This document shows, piece by piece, positions 29,283 through 38,348 of a DNA stretch of 53,363 nt; the first letter of the stretch is position 1, and every line of letters starts with the position of its first letter. The notes under the pieces are model-generated. The model ran no database searches. It had not been told where the DNA came from and saw only the letters and a list, made by a program, of their open reading frames with translations. Origin of the DNA: a virus (Duplodnaviria; Caudoviricetes); the IMG/VR virus record IMGVR_UViG_3300032303_002406, positions 1-53,363 of that record, one strand, 5' to 3'. The position numbers were made by a program, and so were the translations under genes.

Positions 29283-29723
29283 ATGCCAGAAGTAAATATG
29301 CCTTGGGTCAAGGAGCAACTGACCAGCAATAAAACAAAACGTATTGTTGGGGATTCTGTGCTTGTCCTTCTTGAAACATGGGACAATTTAAAAAGCACTG
29401 ATCCAGACCCAACAAAGCATGAGCAAAACTTAAGTAAGATTGTTGAAATATTTAGCAAACTTGCTTTAGGCCATGTCATTGTTAAGGAAAAATCAAATGA
29501 AGTTTGGGCTCCAGCTCAACCAGGAAACATTCAGGTTGCAAATGAAGTCCGTGTAAAGTGGAATGCTTTTGATGGTGAAAATGGCAAAATCCACAATGGT
29601 CGTCGTGGAAAAGTAGTAAGTATTCGATACGGCGATATTATTGTAAAAACAAACGATGGAAAAGAACCAGTGCTAGATGGGTTTCACTACACCCCTCAGC
29701 AATTAGAGATAAGGATCTCATAA
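29283..29723 (+). CDS. Hypothetical protein with C-terminal SH3/KOW-like segment
   Basis: ATG 29283 after AAGGA is preferred to TTG 29061, which overlaps the upstream gene; VRVK...HNGRRGKVV.IRYGDIIV. Confidence 0.6.
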   Translation: MPEVNMPWVKEQLTSNKTKRIVGDSVLVLLETWDNLKSTDPDPTKHEQNLSKIVEIFSKLALGHVIVKEKSNEVWAPAQPGNIQVANEVRVKWNAFDGENGKIHNGRRGKVVSIRYGDIIVKTNDGKEPVLDGFHYTPQQLEIRIS

Positions 29724-29935
29724 TGAGAACTATTGAATATAAAATGAGAACTATTGGCACAGACTATCTAGAAATTGTAGAAAAGGCAGAAAAAAAGATT
29801 TCTGCATTTTTTAATATTCCTCTAGAGGAAATTGCTAACAAAGTTCATATGGAAGTTGTTATTTTTGAAACTTCTGATGACGGTGTAGGTAAACCAATTC
29901 ACTCTGCTGAAGTTTTTGCAAAACTAAAGAGCTAA
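29723..29935 (+). CDS. Hypothetical protein
   Basis: 70 aa, TAATG coupling. Confidence 0.55.
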   Translation: MRTIEYKMRTIGTDYLEIVEKAEKKISAFFNIPLEEIANKVHMEVVIFETSDDGVGKPIHSAEVFAKLKS

Positions 29936-29936
29936 A

Positions 29937-30260
29937 ATGACAGATCCAACTACTAGCTCTGAAGCTCCTAAAGTGGATACTCCATATCGTGTAGAAGCTT
30001 TACGAGAAGCTGCAAGGATTATTTCTGGTGAAAGAAATGTACAGTATGGTGGACCAGAGGAAAATTTTACTCGAACAGCTAAAATTTGGTCTGTCATTCT
30101 TGGGACTGAGATTACTAATGAGCAGGTAGCCATGATGATGGTTGGGCTCAAAGTTGCTAGATTTGCTAATAACTCTGGGTTCCAACCTGATACATGGATT
30201 GATATTGCTGGATATGCTGGATGTGGTTACGAAGTAGGTAAAATTGATTCAGAGAAGTAG
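29937..30260 (+). CDS. DUF6378-like phage protein
   Basis: L.EA..II.GER...YG.PE.NF...A..WS...VA.MM..LK.AR...D.W.DIAGYA signature. Confidence 0.8.
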   Translation: MTDPTTSSEAPKVDTPYRVEALREAARIISGERNVQYGGPEENFTRTAKIWSVILGTEITNEQVAMMMVGLKVARFANNSGFQPDTWIDIAGYAGCGYEVGKIDSEK

Positions 30261-30286
30261 GGGGTTATAGCAATATGACCCTCTAC
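30257..30286 (+). terminator. 13-bp hairpin with GCAA tetraloop
   Basis: GTAGGGGGTTATA-GCAA-TATGACCCTCTAC (two G-U pairs); no U-tract. Confidence 0.5.
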
Positions 30287-30307
30287 ATACTGCCGTAAAC
30301 TATCTAT

Positions 30308-30598
30308 ATGGCAGCAGAACCAGTTATAACCCCCATGGCAGTGTGTGAGTCTTGCTACCTAGAAACTCACACAAAGTGGGAACCAGAAAGTATGGATGCT
30401 AAAGGAAAAATTCTTATGCGTCTTACAGGGATAGATGTACCAGAAAAAGTAAATAATGGAAATGTTGAAGTTTGCGTTGTATGTGGTGGTTTAACCGTTG
30501 CTGGTATTTTTGAATTGAAGTTAACAAGCGAAGTTTATTTTTTTGAAAACCAAGACTTTTCAAGCCTAGAAGTAGAAATAGATAGCGAAGAAGATTAG
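30308..30598 (+). CDS. Hypothetical protein with two CxxC motifs, probably leaderless
   Basis: CESC and CVVC; TAAACT at 30296-30301 six nt before ATG; no SD. Confidence 0.6.
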   Translation: MAAEPVITPMAVCESCYLETHTKWEPESMDAKGKILMRLTGIDVPEKVNNGNVEVCVVCGGLTVAGIFELKLTSEVYFFENQDFSSLEVEIDSEED

Positions 30599-30607
30599 GG
30601 AGAACCT

Positions 30608-30937
30608 ATGAAAGACCAGAGGCCGGGTGAAGAACTTTGGGAGTTCTGGGATGGAGAAGGTTACGATCCAAAAATAGATTTTTCTACCATCTATTACACC
30701 ATTGACCATGTAGATTTTGAAAATGATTTAGTTAGACGGGCTCTAGCTTCGGCTCTACAGAGAGACGGGGTAGCTATTTCTTTAAGTGAAGGTTTTAATT
30801 TAATTGATAAATCAATCCCCTACACGGGGTGGCTTGGGTATGTAGATGAGTCCCTTTACACCTGTGATGACTCTGGAGAGACAGAGTACGGTGATCTAGT
30901 AGAAAAGGTCTTTCCTGCAACTTGGATAGAAGTATAG
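30608..30937 (+). CDS. Hypothetical acidic protein
   Basis: 109 aa, SD GGGAG. Confidence 0.6.
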   Translation: MKDQRPGEELWEFWDGEGYDPKIDFSTIYYTIDHVDFENDLVRRALASALQRDGVAISLSEGFNLIDKSIPYTGWLGYVDESLYTCDDSGETEYGDLVEKVFPATWIEV

Positions 30938-30982
30938 TTATATAGTCGAGCGCTTCTATAGTATATAGTCTACTATAGTTGC

Positions 30983-31504
30983 ATGTGGAAACCTGCGGAT
31001 AACTTAAGCTGGCAAGCTGATGCCACTTGCGCCGATCCTAAAAATAAAGAGACAGTAGATTGGTTTTTTTCTAAAGACTTTTCTGAAAAATATTCAGCAA
31101 AGAATATGTGTTTTACCTGCCCTGTACGCTCACAATGCCTCCAATGGGCTCTAGAGCACCGTCAGATCTGGGGTATATGGGGCGGAAAAGACGAAGTTGA
31201 CATTCGTAGAACTCTTTCTGTATCTTACAATGGTGAAGAGACAAAAAGAAGAAGAGCACCTAATTGTCCATATTGTACTGCTCGTCCTTCTAAGCTTAAC
31301 GTTTCTATCGAGCAGCTTCCTAGCGGTGGTAGATGGACTACTGCAAAAGTAGTTACATGTTCTGAGTGTGGCTTTGCTTGGCGTAGTCGTACTAGTGCCA
31401 ACGCAGTTGAAGCTTATAAATTAGAAAAACTTGAAAAAGCAAATAAACCAAAGAAACAGAGGAAAAATGCAAAGAAAGCGCCCACAGTTCAGCTCGCTGA
31501 GTGA
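30983..31504 (+). CDS. whiB: WhiB-family transcription factor fused to a C-terminal zinc ribbon
   Basis: W...A.C, WFF, AK..C..CPV..QCL.WAL and WGIWGG; then CPYC...CSEC and a basic tail. Confidence 0.9.
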   Translation: MWKPADNLSWQADATCADPKNKETVDWFFSKDFSEKYSAKNMCFTCPVRSQCLQWALEHRQIWGIWGGKDEVDIRRTLSVSYNGEETKRRRAPNCPYCTARPSKLNVSIEQLPSGGRWTTAKVVTCSECGFAWRSRTSANAVEAYKLEKLEKANKPKKQRKNAKKAPTVQLAE

Positions 31505-32003
31505 AGCTACAAGTATTAGAGAGATTTTTTCTGAAAATCAAATAAAATATTCGGGTGCTCTAACTTTAGCTCAAGAAATTTTAAGAGAGACTTCTTTTCT
31601 ATCTTCTTCAGATAGAGAGCTTATTGCTGCTTATGTTTCTAAATTAAATAATTGCGATTATTGCTGTGGTTCTCACACGGTATTTGCAAAATCTGTAGGT
31701 ACAACTGATGAAGATTTACAGTGTGTTATTGCTGATCAGTCGTGTGATGGTCATCGCCTAGAACCAATACTTTTATATGTTAAAAAACTTACTTTAAGCC
31801 CTAGCTCTGTGTCTCAAGAAGATTTAGATCTAGTTCTTTCTTCTGGTTTTACCGAAGATGAGTTAAAAGATGCAATTTCTGTTTGCGCTATTTTTAATTT
31901 TTTTAATAGAATTGTAGAAGGACACGGTTTAGATAAAAACAAGCATACTTGGGATATGGCTTCAGAAATGATTAAAACTCATGGGTATGATCGAAGATAC
32001 TAA
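31467..32003 (+). CDS. AhpD/carboxymuconolactone-decarboxylase-family peroxidase-like protein
   Basis: LS..DRELIAAYVS.LN.C.YC..SH, KLT..P..V...D and FNFFNRIVEG; ATG 31467 after GAGGA. Confidence 0.85.
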   Translation: MQRKRPQFSSLSEATSIREIFSENQIKYSGALTLAQEILRETSFLSSSDRELIAAYVSKLNNCDYCCGSHTVFAKSVGTTDEDLQCVIADQSCDGHRLEPILLYVKKLTLSPSSVSQEDLDLVLSSGFTEDELKDAISVCAIFNFFNRIVEGHGLDKNKHTWDMASEMIKTHGYDRRY

Positions 32004-33483
32004 AAGTATTTTCATCAAACTCTGCTGAGTTGTAGTGTCTGACTAAATCTTCGTATATAAATTTTCCTTCATTATAAGAATTAGAAGTAATAAGCTCTTC
32101 TTTTGCCACCTCTGGTTTTAAAATACCTAATCCAGCTAAAATCCAATTCCAAAGTTGAGGAGAAACTCCTCCCCAATAACTTTTAAACATTGTATCTTGA
32201 TATTGCAAAGAAGTTGGGACTTTATATTCACAGCGGGAAACTACCTCTTTAACATAGTCGGTAATGGTAGATCCTTCATTAATATATCTCCAAAAAGGAG
32301 TATCTTTTCTTCCACCCTGATAATGAAGAACAATAAACTCTTTATAGCTTTCATACACATCTGCAACCTGTCTGTTGTATGAATTTATATTATCTTTTGT
32401 TACTGTCTTATCTTTATCTTTATTTAAAAACTCTAAACTAAAACTAAGCATTTGAACAGCGGTAGAGTGAATAGATGTAGCTTCTAAAGGTTCTAAAAAT
32501 GCACCAGCAAGACCTGTAGCTATACAATTATTTTTCCACAATACTTCACATCTTCCAGCTTCAAATTTAATATGTCTAATAGGGGTAATCTTGTATCCAA
32601 GGACTTGTTCTACTTCTGCTTGAGCTTGCTCTGGGGTTATAAAGTTATCATCGTAGACATACCCACAACCCATTCGGGTAGATAAAGGAATTTTCCACAT
32701 CCAACCAGAAGACATTGCCTGAGCAATGGTAGCTGGAATTACATCTTTTTTCTGATCTTCATTTTTATAGTCTAAAAGAAAAGGCATGGCACTATTTACA
32801 GGCAAATTTTCTTTATATGACTTCCACTGAACATCTAATTTTTTCATAAGAACTCTAGCAAAACCAGTGCAGTCAATAAAAAACTCTCCTTCTAAGACTG
32901 CCCCACTATCTAAAAGTAAACTTTCAATATCTTCATTTTCAGATATATTCACATCTTTAATGACAGCATCTACGGATCTTATATTTTTTCTATCTTTTAA
33001 TTCTTCTTTAAAAAATTTACCTACTTTAAAAGCATCAAAATGAAATCCAAAGTTAGTTTTTGGTAATTTATTCTTTTCAATAACCTGACCTATTTGCGAA
33101 GACAAATAGACTTTATCGTTTCCAAGCTCAGATAGTACATAATTAAATACTGGATCTGGCATATATTTTGCACCAACGCTGGTATCAAGTGGAGCAAAGT
33201 ATGATGAATTTTCATCTTTACCCCAATTAATATGTTTAATACCAAACTTATATGTGGCATCTGTAGCTTTCATAAATCTTTCTAAAATAGAATAATCTGC
33301 TCTATTAAAGTAGATTCCTGTAAGTACATCAATAAGAAGTCCTGTAGACCCCTCACCTGCACCTACAATACCAATTGCAGAAGACTCTACAACGGTAATA
33401 TCGTGAACACCTGGCTGTGCATCTTCAATAATAAATGCAGATATCCAACCAGCGGTTCCTCCACCACAGATTACAATATTCAC
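31972..33483 (-). CDS. Flavin-dependent (tryptophan-halogenase-family) halogenase
   Basis: GGGTAG, G.GEGST, ATYKFGI (catalytic Lys position), FHFDA, FIDCTGF, WMWKIP (WxWxIP), FLEPLEATSI and LHY..GR.DTPFW. Confidence 0.92.
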   Translation of the reverse strand: MNIVICGGGTAGWISAFIIEDAQPGVHDITVVESSAIGIVGAGEGSTGLLIDVLTGIYFNRADYSILERFMKATDATYKFGIKHINWGKDENSSYFAPLDTSVGAKYMPDPVFNYVLSELGNDKVYLSSQIGQVIEKNKLPKTNFGFHFDAFKVGKFFKEELKDRKNIRSVDAVIKDVNISENEDIESLLLDSGAVLEGEFFIDCTGFARVLMKKLDVQWKSYKENLPVNSAMPFLLDYKNEDQKKDVIPATIAQAMSSGWMWKIPLSTRMGCGYVYDDNFITPEQAQAEVEQVLGYKITPIRHIKFEAGRCEVLWKNNCIATGLAGAFLEPLEATSIHSTAVQMLSFSLEFLNKDKDKTVTKDNINSYNRQVADVYESYKEFIVLHYQGGRKDTPFWRYINEGSTITDYVKEVVSRCEYKVPTSLQYQDTMFKSYWGGVSPQLWNWILAGLGILKPEVAKEELITSNSYNEGKFIYEDLVRHYNSAEFDENTFSIFDHTHEF

Positions 33484-34565
33484 TCTTGCTCGTCCTCTTT
33501 TTGTTTAATACCTACTGCTTGAATACAAAAAGCAAGGTTCATCTTTAATCTTTCATCTGTATTATCTATATCTACTGCATTCTGTGCATGTCTTGCAGCT
33601 TCTTCATACATTCCAAGGTTATAACATGCAATAGATGCGTAATCATGTGGTGCTGCACCCCAAGCCTCTGCTTCACAAAGGTACTCAAGAGGTTTTTCAA
33701 CAATATTTAAAGCTTCTTTGGCGCAGTCTAAAGAGTTAACCCAGTCTTGTCGTTCATAATACATTTTTGCCAAATCAACCCAAGGTTCTCTGCGACCCGG
33801 AGCTTGAACAATTGCTTTACGCAACCACTCTTCTGCTTCTTGTGGAAGTGATTTAGCAATAAATCTCATAGATGCTGCACGCTCTGGTGCCCAATGAGCT
33901 GTAGGAAGTTCTAAGTGACGCTTTAGTTCTTTAGCTGCCGCTTCATTTTGACCGTAGAAGAAAAGCTCACGTCCATAATAAAAAGCATTGCGATCATTAT
34001 ATGGATCTTCTTGTACTGAAAGTGCAAGAAGAGGCAAGTATTGAGAACGAGACTTAGTAGGATCTGGATGATGATGTGTTTCTAAACCTTCAACCCATTC
34101 TTGCTTTTCTTCCATTCCATAAACATATAAACACTCATGTACTGGGTGGCGCCAACGATACCCCTTACGAGCATGAATATGGTCATAACTAAACTCTAAT
34201 CCTGGAGTTCCATCTTCATTCCAAGACCAGATATGCTTATATCGAGGACGAGTAACTCCACGCTCAAATGCTGGCTCAAGAAGTTCTCTCCAATTAGGAG
34301 TAATAACTTCATCCATATCTAAAGAAACACACATATCAATATCGATAGGAATTGCAGCAAGTGCTGCATTTCTTGCATCGTCAAATCTCCAAGGAGAGAC
34401 TCGAACATCTACAACATTGATCCCAAGCTCACGAGCACGCTCTACAGTTCCGTCTGTAGATCCTGTATCGGCAATAAGAAGATAGTCAGCTCCTTTTGCA
34501 GCATCAAACCATTTATCAACAAATTGACGCTCGTTAAGTGCAATTGTGTAGATAGCTGTTTTCAT
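33480..34565 (-). CDS. GT2 (GT-A) glycosyltransferase with C-terminal TPR repeats
   Basis: YTIALNE, DTGSTDGT, FDDARN, LDMDE (DxD), W..PVHE, R..FY.GRE and helical TPR-like C-terminus. Confidence 0.9.
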   Translation of the reverse strand: MKTAIYTIALNERQFVDKWFDAAKGADYLLIADTGSTDGTVERARELGINVVDVRVSPWRFDDARNAALAAIPIDIDMCVSLDMDEVITPNWRELLEPAFERGVTRPRYKHIWSWNEDGTPGLEFSYDHIHARKGYRWRHPVHECLYVYGMEEKQEWVEGLETHHHPDPTKSRSQYLPLLALSVQEDPYNDRNAFYYGRELFFYGQNEAAAKELKRHLELPTAHWAPERAASMRFIAKSLPQEAEEWLRKAIVQAPGRREPWVDLAKMYYERQDWVNSLDCAKEALNIVEKPLEYLCEAEAWGAAPHDYASIACYNLGMYEEAARHAQNAVDIDNTDERLKMNLAFCIQAVGIKQKEDEQE

Positions 34566-34594
34566 TTATCCCTCTTCTTTATCTCTAGTTTGTA

Positions 34595-34945
34595 TTATGT
34601 AGTTAAAAAATGTTTTACAAGAAATGTTGCTGCAAGAATACTCCACAAAATATTAAACCATATAATAGTTGGCAAAGTTTTAATAGTTGCTGACCAAATA
34701 AGTAAAACGCTTGTAATTAATGCAAAGATATATAGCCACCATATAGAAATTCCAAAAAGTAAGCCAGGAATAATAATTAGAGCTTTTGCTGTAAAAGCAA
34801 GGAACTCTACGGTGTTGGGTACATTCCAATATTCTTTGGTCCCCATAGTTTTTAAAGCTTTAACCCATTGAAAATGCTTTTTCACACTTCCATCAAATAC
34901 TTCTGCATTAGTAAAAAAATTTGGATCTTTATATTGTTTTGACAT
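34595..34945 (-). CDS. Small integral membrane protein
   Basis: ATG 34945 lies just after the methyltransferase stop; about three hydrophobic segments. Confidence 0.65.
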   Translation of the reverse strand: MSKQYKDPNFFTNAEVFDGSVKKHFQWVKALKTMGTKEYWNVPNTVEFLAFTAKALIIIPGLLFGISIWWLYIFALITSVLLIWSATIKTLPTIIWFNILWSILAATFLVKHFLTT

Positions 34946-34947
34946 TT

Positions 34948-35532
34948 TTATCCTACTTTCTTGAACCATCGTTGATACCCTCTGTGGATTTCTACAACTC
35001 TATCACCATATATGTTGCTAAAGGCATCGATTGCCATTTTAGGTTCTTTTCTAACCCCCATGCCAGCCGACCACTCGTAATCATCAAACGCTATAATTCC
35101 ATCAACTTCTAAACATTCATATGCCGATATAGCATCTTTAATTACTCCGTATGCGGTGTGGTCTCCATCTACATAAATAAAGTCAAACTTTTCAGTATTA
35201 GATTTAAAAAACTCATCACTAGTTCCTTTAAACTTAACAATCTTTTTATCTTTTAATCCTTCTGCAACTTTTTCATTATATAAAGACTCTACAGTTTTCC
35301 AGTTCATTTGACGGTGAACAGGCTCATCTGAGCCTTCCCATGTATCAATATCTACAAGAAGGGAGTTTGAATCTTTGATTAGATTTTCATATATCCATAA
35401 AGAGGCATCTCCTGTGTAAGCACCAATTTGTAAATACTTAGTTGGCTTACCGGGGACATAATTTTTTAAAAGAAACGTATCAAAGTTTGTCTGTCCATCA
35501 TTTTTAAACCAGTTAACGTAGTCATCAGTCAC
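34948..35532 (-). CDS. Class I SAM-dependent methyltransferase (Methyltransf_24-like)
   Basis: LQIGAYTG.AS, IDTW.GS, FDFIYVDGDH and GIIAFDDY.W. Confidence 0.9.
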   Translation of the reverse strand: MTDDYVNWFKNDGQTNFDTFLLKNYVPGKPTKYLQIGAYTGDASLWIYENLIKDSNSLLVDIDTWEGSDEPVHRQMNWKTVESLYNEKVAEGLKDKKIVKFKGTSDEFFKSNTEKFDFIYVDGDHTAYGVIKDAISAYECLEVDGIIAFDDYEWSAGMGVRKEPKMAIDAFSNIYGDRVVEIHRGYQRWFKKVG

Positions 35533-35557
35533 TTTATCTCTTCTTTCTTTTAAATAG

Positions 35558-37111
35558 TTATCCTGAAATTGTATATCTTTTCTGGCCCTTCATAGGCATA
35601 TTGACTATGTTTGGATTCCCTCCCTGAATACTTACAGAGCTTGTATAGTCATTGCTTAGACCAGTAGTGTATAGGATAGATTGAGAATTTGCTACTATCC
35701 AATTTTTTACTTGTTTTGGGCTCCAATCTGGATGTGCTTGTTTCAATAAAGCACATATACCAGCTACTTGTGGAGATGCCATAGATGTACCTGAGAGTAG
35801 TGCTTGTTTATATGAACTATTTAAGTAATAAGCAAAATTAGCTCCATATGAATTTGTAGTACTTATAGCGCTTATAACTCTTTCTCCAGCTGCATATACA
35901 TCTACTCCTGGACCACAAACACTAAAACCACTTCTTGCCTCAGTTGTTGAAACAAAAGTAAGGCCAGTTGATCCAACATCTAAACCATCTCCTCCACCAC
36001 AGTTAGGAGATGATCCTCTATGATAGTACACAACGCCAGCTGATGTTGATATATAGTTATTATAATCTAATCCTCCAGAAATATCAGACTTCATTCCAGT
36101 ATTACCAGCTGCGTTACATACTATAACTCCAGCTCCAATTAATGTACTTATAGTTGAATCTACAGAAGGAACATTATATTCAAAACAATACATATTTACT
36201 GAAGACAAACTCCCGGTGTGACCCTTAGCGGTATCTTTAGTAGTTCCAGACCATGTAGATCCTCTATAAGAGCCACCAGTTATTGCATAATTAGTTACTT
36301 GGTCAAATGTCATGGCATTTGCAGCTGTATTCCAATAAATAACATATCCCCAACTATTATTTACAATAGTTGGTCTTCCATTTGTCTTTGCTAGATGCCA
36401 CCCTAGTAGACAGTCAAGAGCATTAGATGTACTTAGTCCTCCGTTTGGATCTGATGCTCCTTTAAGTCCATCAAGTTTAATAGAGTATATATCTGCATTT
36501 TTTGCCCAGCCAAATGTTTTTCCAGCTGCGGTTGCAGCAACGTGAGTCCCGTGTCCATCATAATCTGTATAGTGAGCTGTCGGCATAGTCCCCGTTACAC
36601 CACTGGCTGTAAACCAATTTATCTGCTTAACTCTACTTACTCCATTGGCATCTTGAAACTCTGGATGATCTGCTTGAATACCGCTATCAATAATAACTAC
36701 ATCTACCCCAGTGCCATCTAAAACATAGTCGTATGTTCCACTAGGATAAGCCGTACTTGTTCCAAAAACATTAGTTGCAGATATATGACGAAGTAGTCCC
36801 CAGTTTTGTTTTTCTCCAGAGGCAACAGTTGTTTTATCAAAAGTGCCACTTTGAAAAGCAAATTTAGTAGGAATTAAATTTTCTACATTTTCTATATGCT
36901 GTACTCGTGGATCTTCTTTTAATTTTTTTGCTTCTTCTTCTGAAAGTAGATATACAGTATTTCTAGGATTTATTGCTCTTTCATCTGCTACTTCTACAAC
37001 TCTATCTGGAATTGTCTCTACAGTTGAAGAACTACTTAGTAAATCATCCCAGAGGGAGTTTGTATCTTCTATACCCTCTGTAGTTATCGTATAAGGATAT
37101 AAAATATCCAC
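35558..37111 (-). CDS. Subtilisin-like S8 serine protease with N-terminal prodomain
   Basis: Catalytic triad VIIDSG, HGTHVA and GTSMASPQVAG; NNSWG and AAGN. Confidence 0.93.
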   Translation of the reverse strand: MDILYPYTITTEGIEDTNSLWDDLLSSSSTVETIPDRVVEVADERAINPRNTVYLLSEEEAKKLKEDPRVQHIENVENLIPTKFAFQSGTFDKTTVASGEKQNWGLLRHISATNVFGTSTAYPSGTYDYVLDGTGVDVVIIDSGIQADHPEFQDANGVSRVKQINWFTASGVTGTMPTAHYTDYDGHGTHVAATAAGKTFGWAKNADIYSIKLDGLKGASDPNGGLSTSNALDCLLGWHLAKTNGRPTIVNNSWGYVIYWNTAANAMTFDQVTNYAITGGSYRGSTWSGTTKDTAKGHTGSLSSVNMYCFEYNVPSVDSTISTLIGAGVIVCNAAGNTGMKSDISGGLDYNNYISTSAGVVYYHRGSSPNCGGGDGLDVGSTGLTFVSTTEARSGFSVCGPGVDVYAAGERVISAISTTNSYGANFAYYLNSSYKQALLSGTSMASPQVAGICALLKQAHPDWSPKQVKNWIVANSQSILYTTGLSNDYTSSVSIQGGNPNIVNMPMKGQKRYTISG

Positions 37112-38292
37112 TACGAAATAACCGCTCTATCCGTAACTCTACGCCAACTAGTTCCATCATAAAATACTGGTACAGATCCACCCGACTCATTTGTGCAGAA
37201 AGCAGAAGAACCAACGCTAGCAACAATAGCTTGTAATTGAGCAACTGTTCTATTGTAAAATTTCATAGGTTTGGTATTAATAATTTCAGTTACAGGATCT
37301 AAAGTAATTGTAGTTGGAGAAGTAATAGTATATGTTCCAGTTAATGTACTTGGCGCAGAAATTGTATTTGCTTCAATTGCAGTTACTTTTAATACTTGTG
37401 TAGTTGCATTGTATGTAATTCCAGAATTTGTTTTTCCACCGAGAGCACCTGTTGGACCGTCATATAAACCAACATAAGCACCAGCTCCTGTTGTACTAGC
37501 TACAGTAACTGTACCTGCACCAGTAGGGCCTTGTGGGCCAGTAGCTCCCACTGCACCCGTTGCACCCGTAGCTCCAGTCGGGCCAGTTACCGATGCACCA
37601 GTAGCACCAGTCACACCAATTGGTCCTGCATAAGACCATTGTTGATTTAAGTCATTCCAAATATAAAGAGTAGTTCCACCAACTATATAAGCATCTCCAA
37701 TATTTCCATATGGAGTATCTCCTTGAAGAGCATTAAGAGTTAAGTAGTTTCCAAGAATTCTTACGCTATAGCCAAAAGGTCCTGTAGGTCCAGTTATACC
37801 TTGAATACCACGAGCTCCCGTAGGACCAGTAGGTCCAATCGGAGCAGCTGTTGCTACGGTATTAAATGTTAATCCTGTAAATAATCTAACAGTGTTATCT
37901 ACACTGCTAACCCAAATATCTCCTACTTGAGGAGATCCCGGCTGATTAGCTTGATACAAAACATTTGTTCTACCAGCTTGATCGTAAGCTACACTTGCAG
38001 AAAAAGTAGCATTAGGATTATCTGAACGAACATATATTACATCTCCAACATTTAAAGCAAATCTAAAAGTTTCAAAAGACTGCCCAACACCAACTACTAA
38101 ATTACTTACAATATAAGCTCTAGTAGATTCATTACCTACTTGATCCACTGGTTCAATATAAACAGAAGATGTCAAGCTAATTGCACCTTTATTAGTGATA
38201 ATTACAGAGGCTATACCAGCTACATCTGAGGCAGCAATAGGGGTGTCAATATTGGCTACAGGTGCGGCAACACCTAATCTCTTTACTGGCAC
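37111..38292 (-). CDS. Collagen-like fibre protein
   Basis: GPT/GAT triplets; N-terminal domain paralogous to 39726..41891; SD GAGGAG before GTG. Confidence 0.8.
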   Translation of the reverse strand: MPVKRLGVAAPVANIDTPIAASDVAGIASVIITNKGAISLTSSVYIEPVDQVGNESTRAYIVSNLVVGVGQSFETFRFALNVGDVIYVRSDNPNATFSASVAYDQAGRTNVLYQANQPGSPQVGDIWVSSVDNTVRLFTGLTFNTVATAAPIGPTGPTGARGIQGITGPTGPFGYSVRILGNYLTLNALQGDTPYGNIGDAYIVGGTTLYIWNDLNQQWSYAGPIGVTGATGASVTGPTGATGATGAVGATGPQGPTGAGTVTVASTTGAGAYVGLYDGPTGALGGKTNSGITYNATTQVLKVTAIEANTISAPSTLTGTYTITSPTTITLDPVTEIINTKPMKFYNRTVAQLQAIVASVGSSAFCTNESGGSVPVFYDGTSWRRVTDRAVIS

Positions 38293-38348
38293 TTATTGTC
38301 TCCTCTATCTTCTAAGTTTACTATTATAGTCTAACTTATATATTTCTA

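Noticed and set aside
31972-37111. Host-derived secondary-metabolite or RiPP cluster, or prophage boundary
   Set aside because: No precursor peptide, NRPS/PKS, integrase or att site is visible; composition and coupling are continuous with the phage fibre genes.
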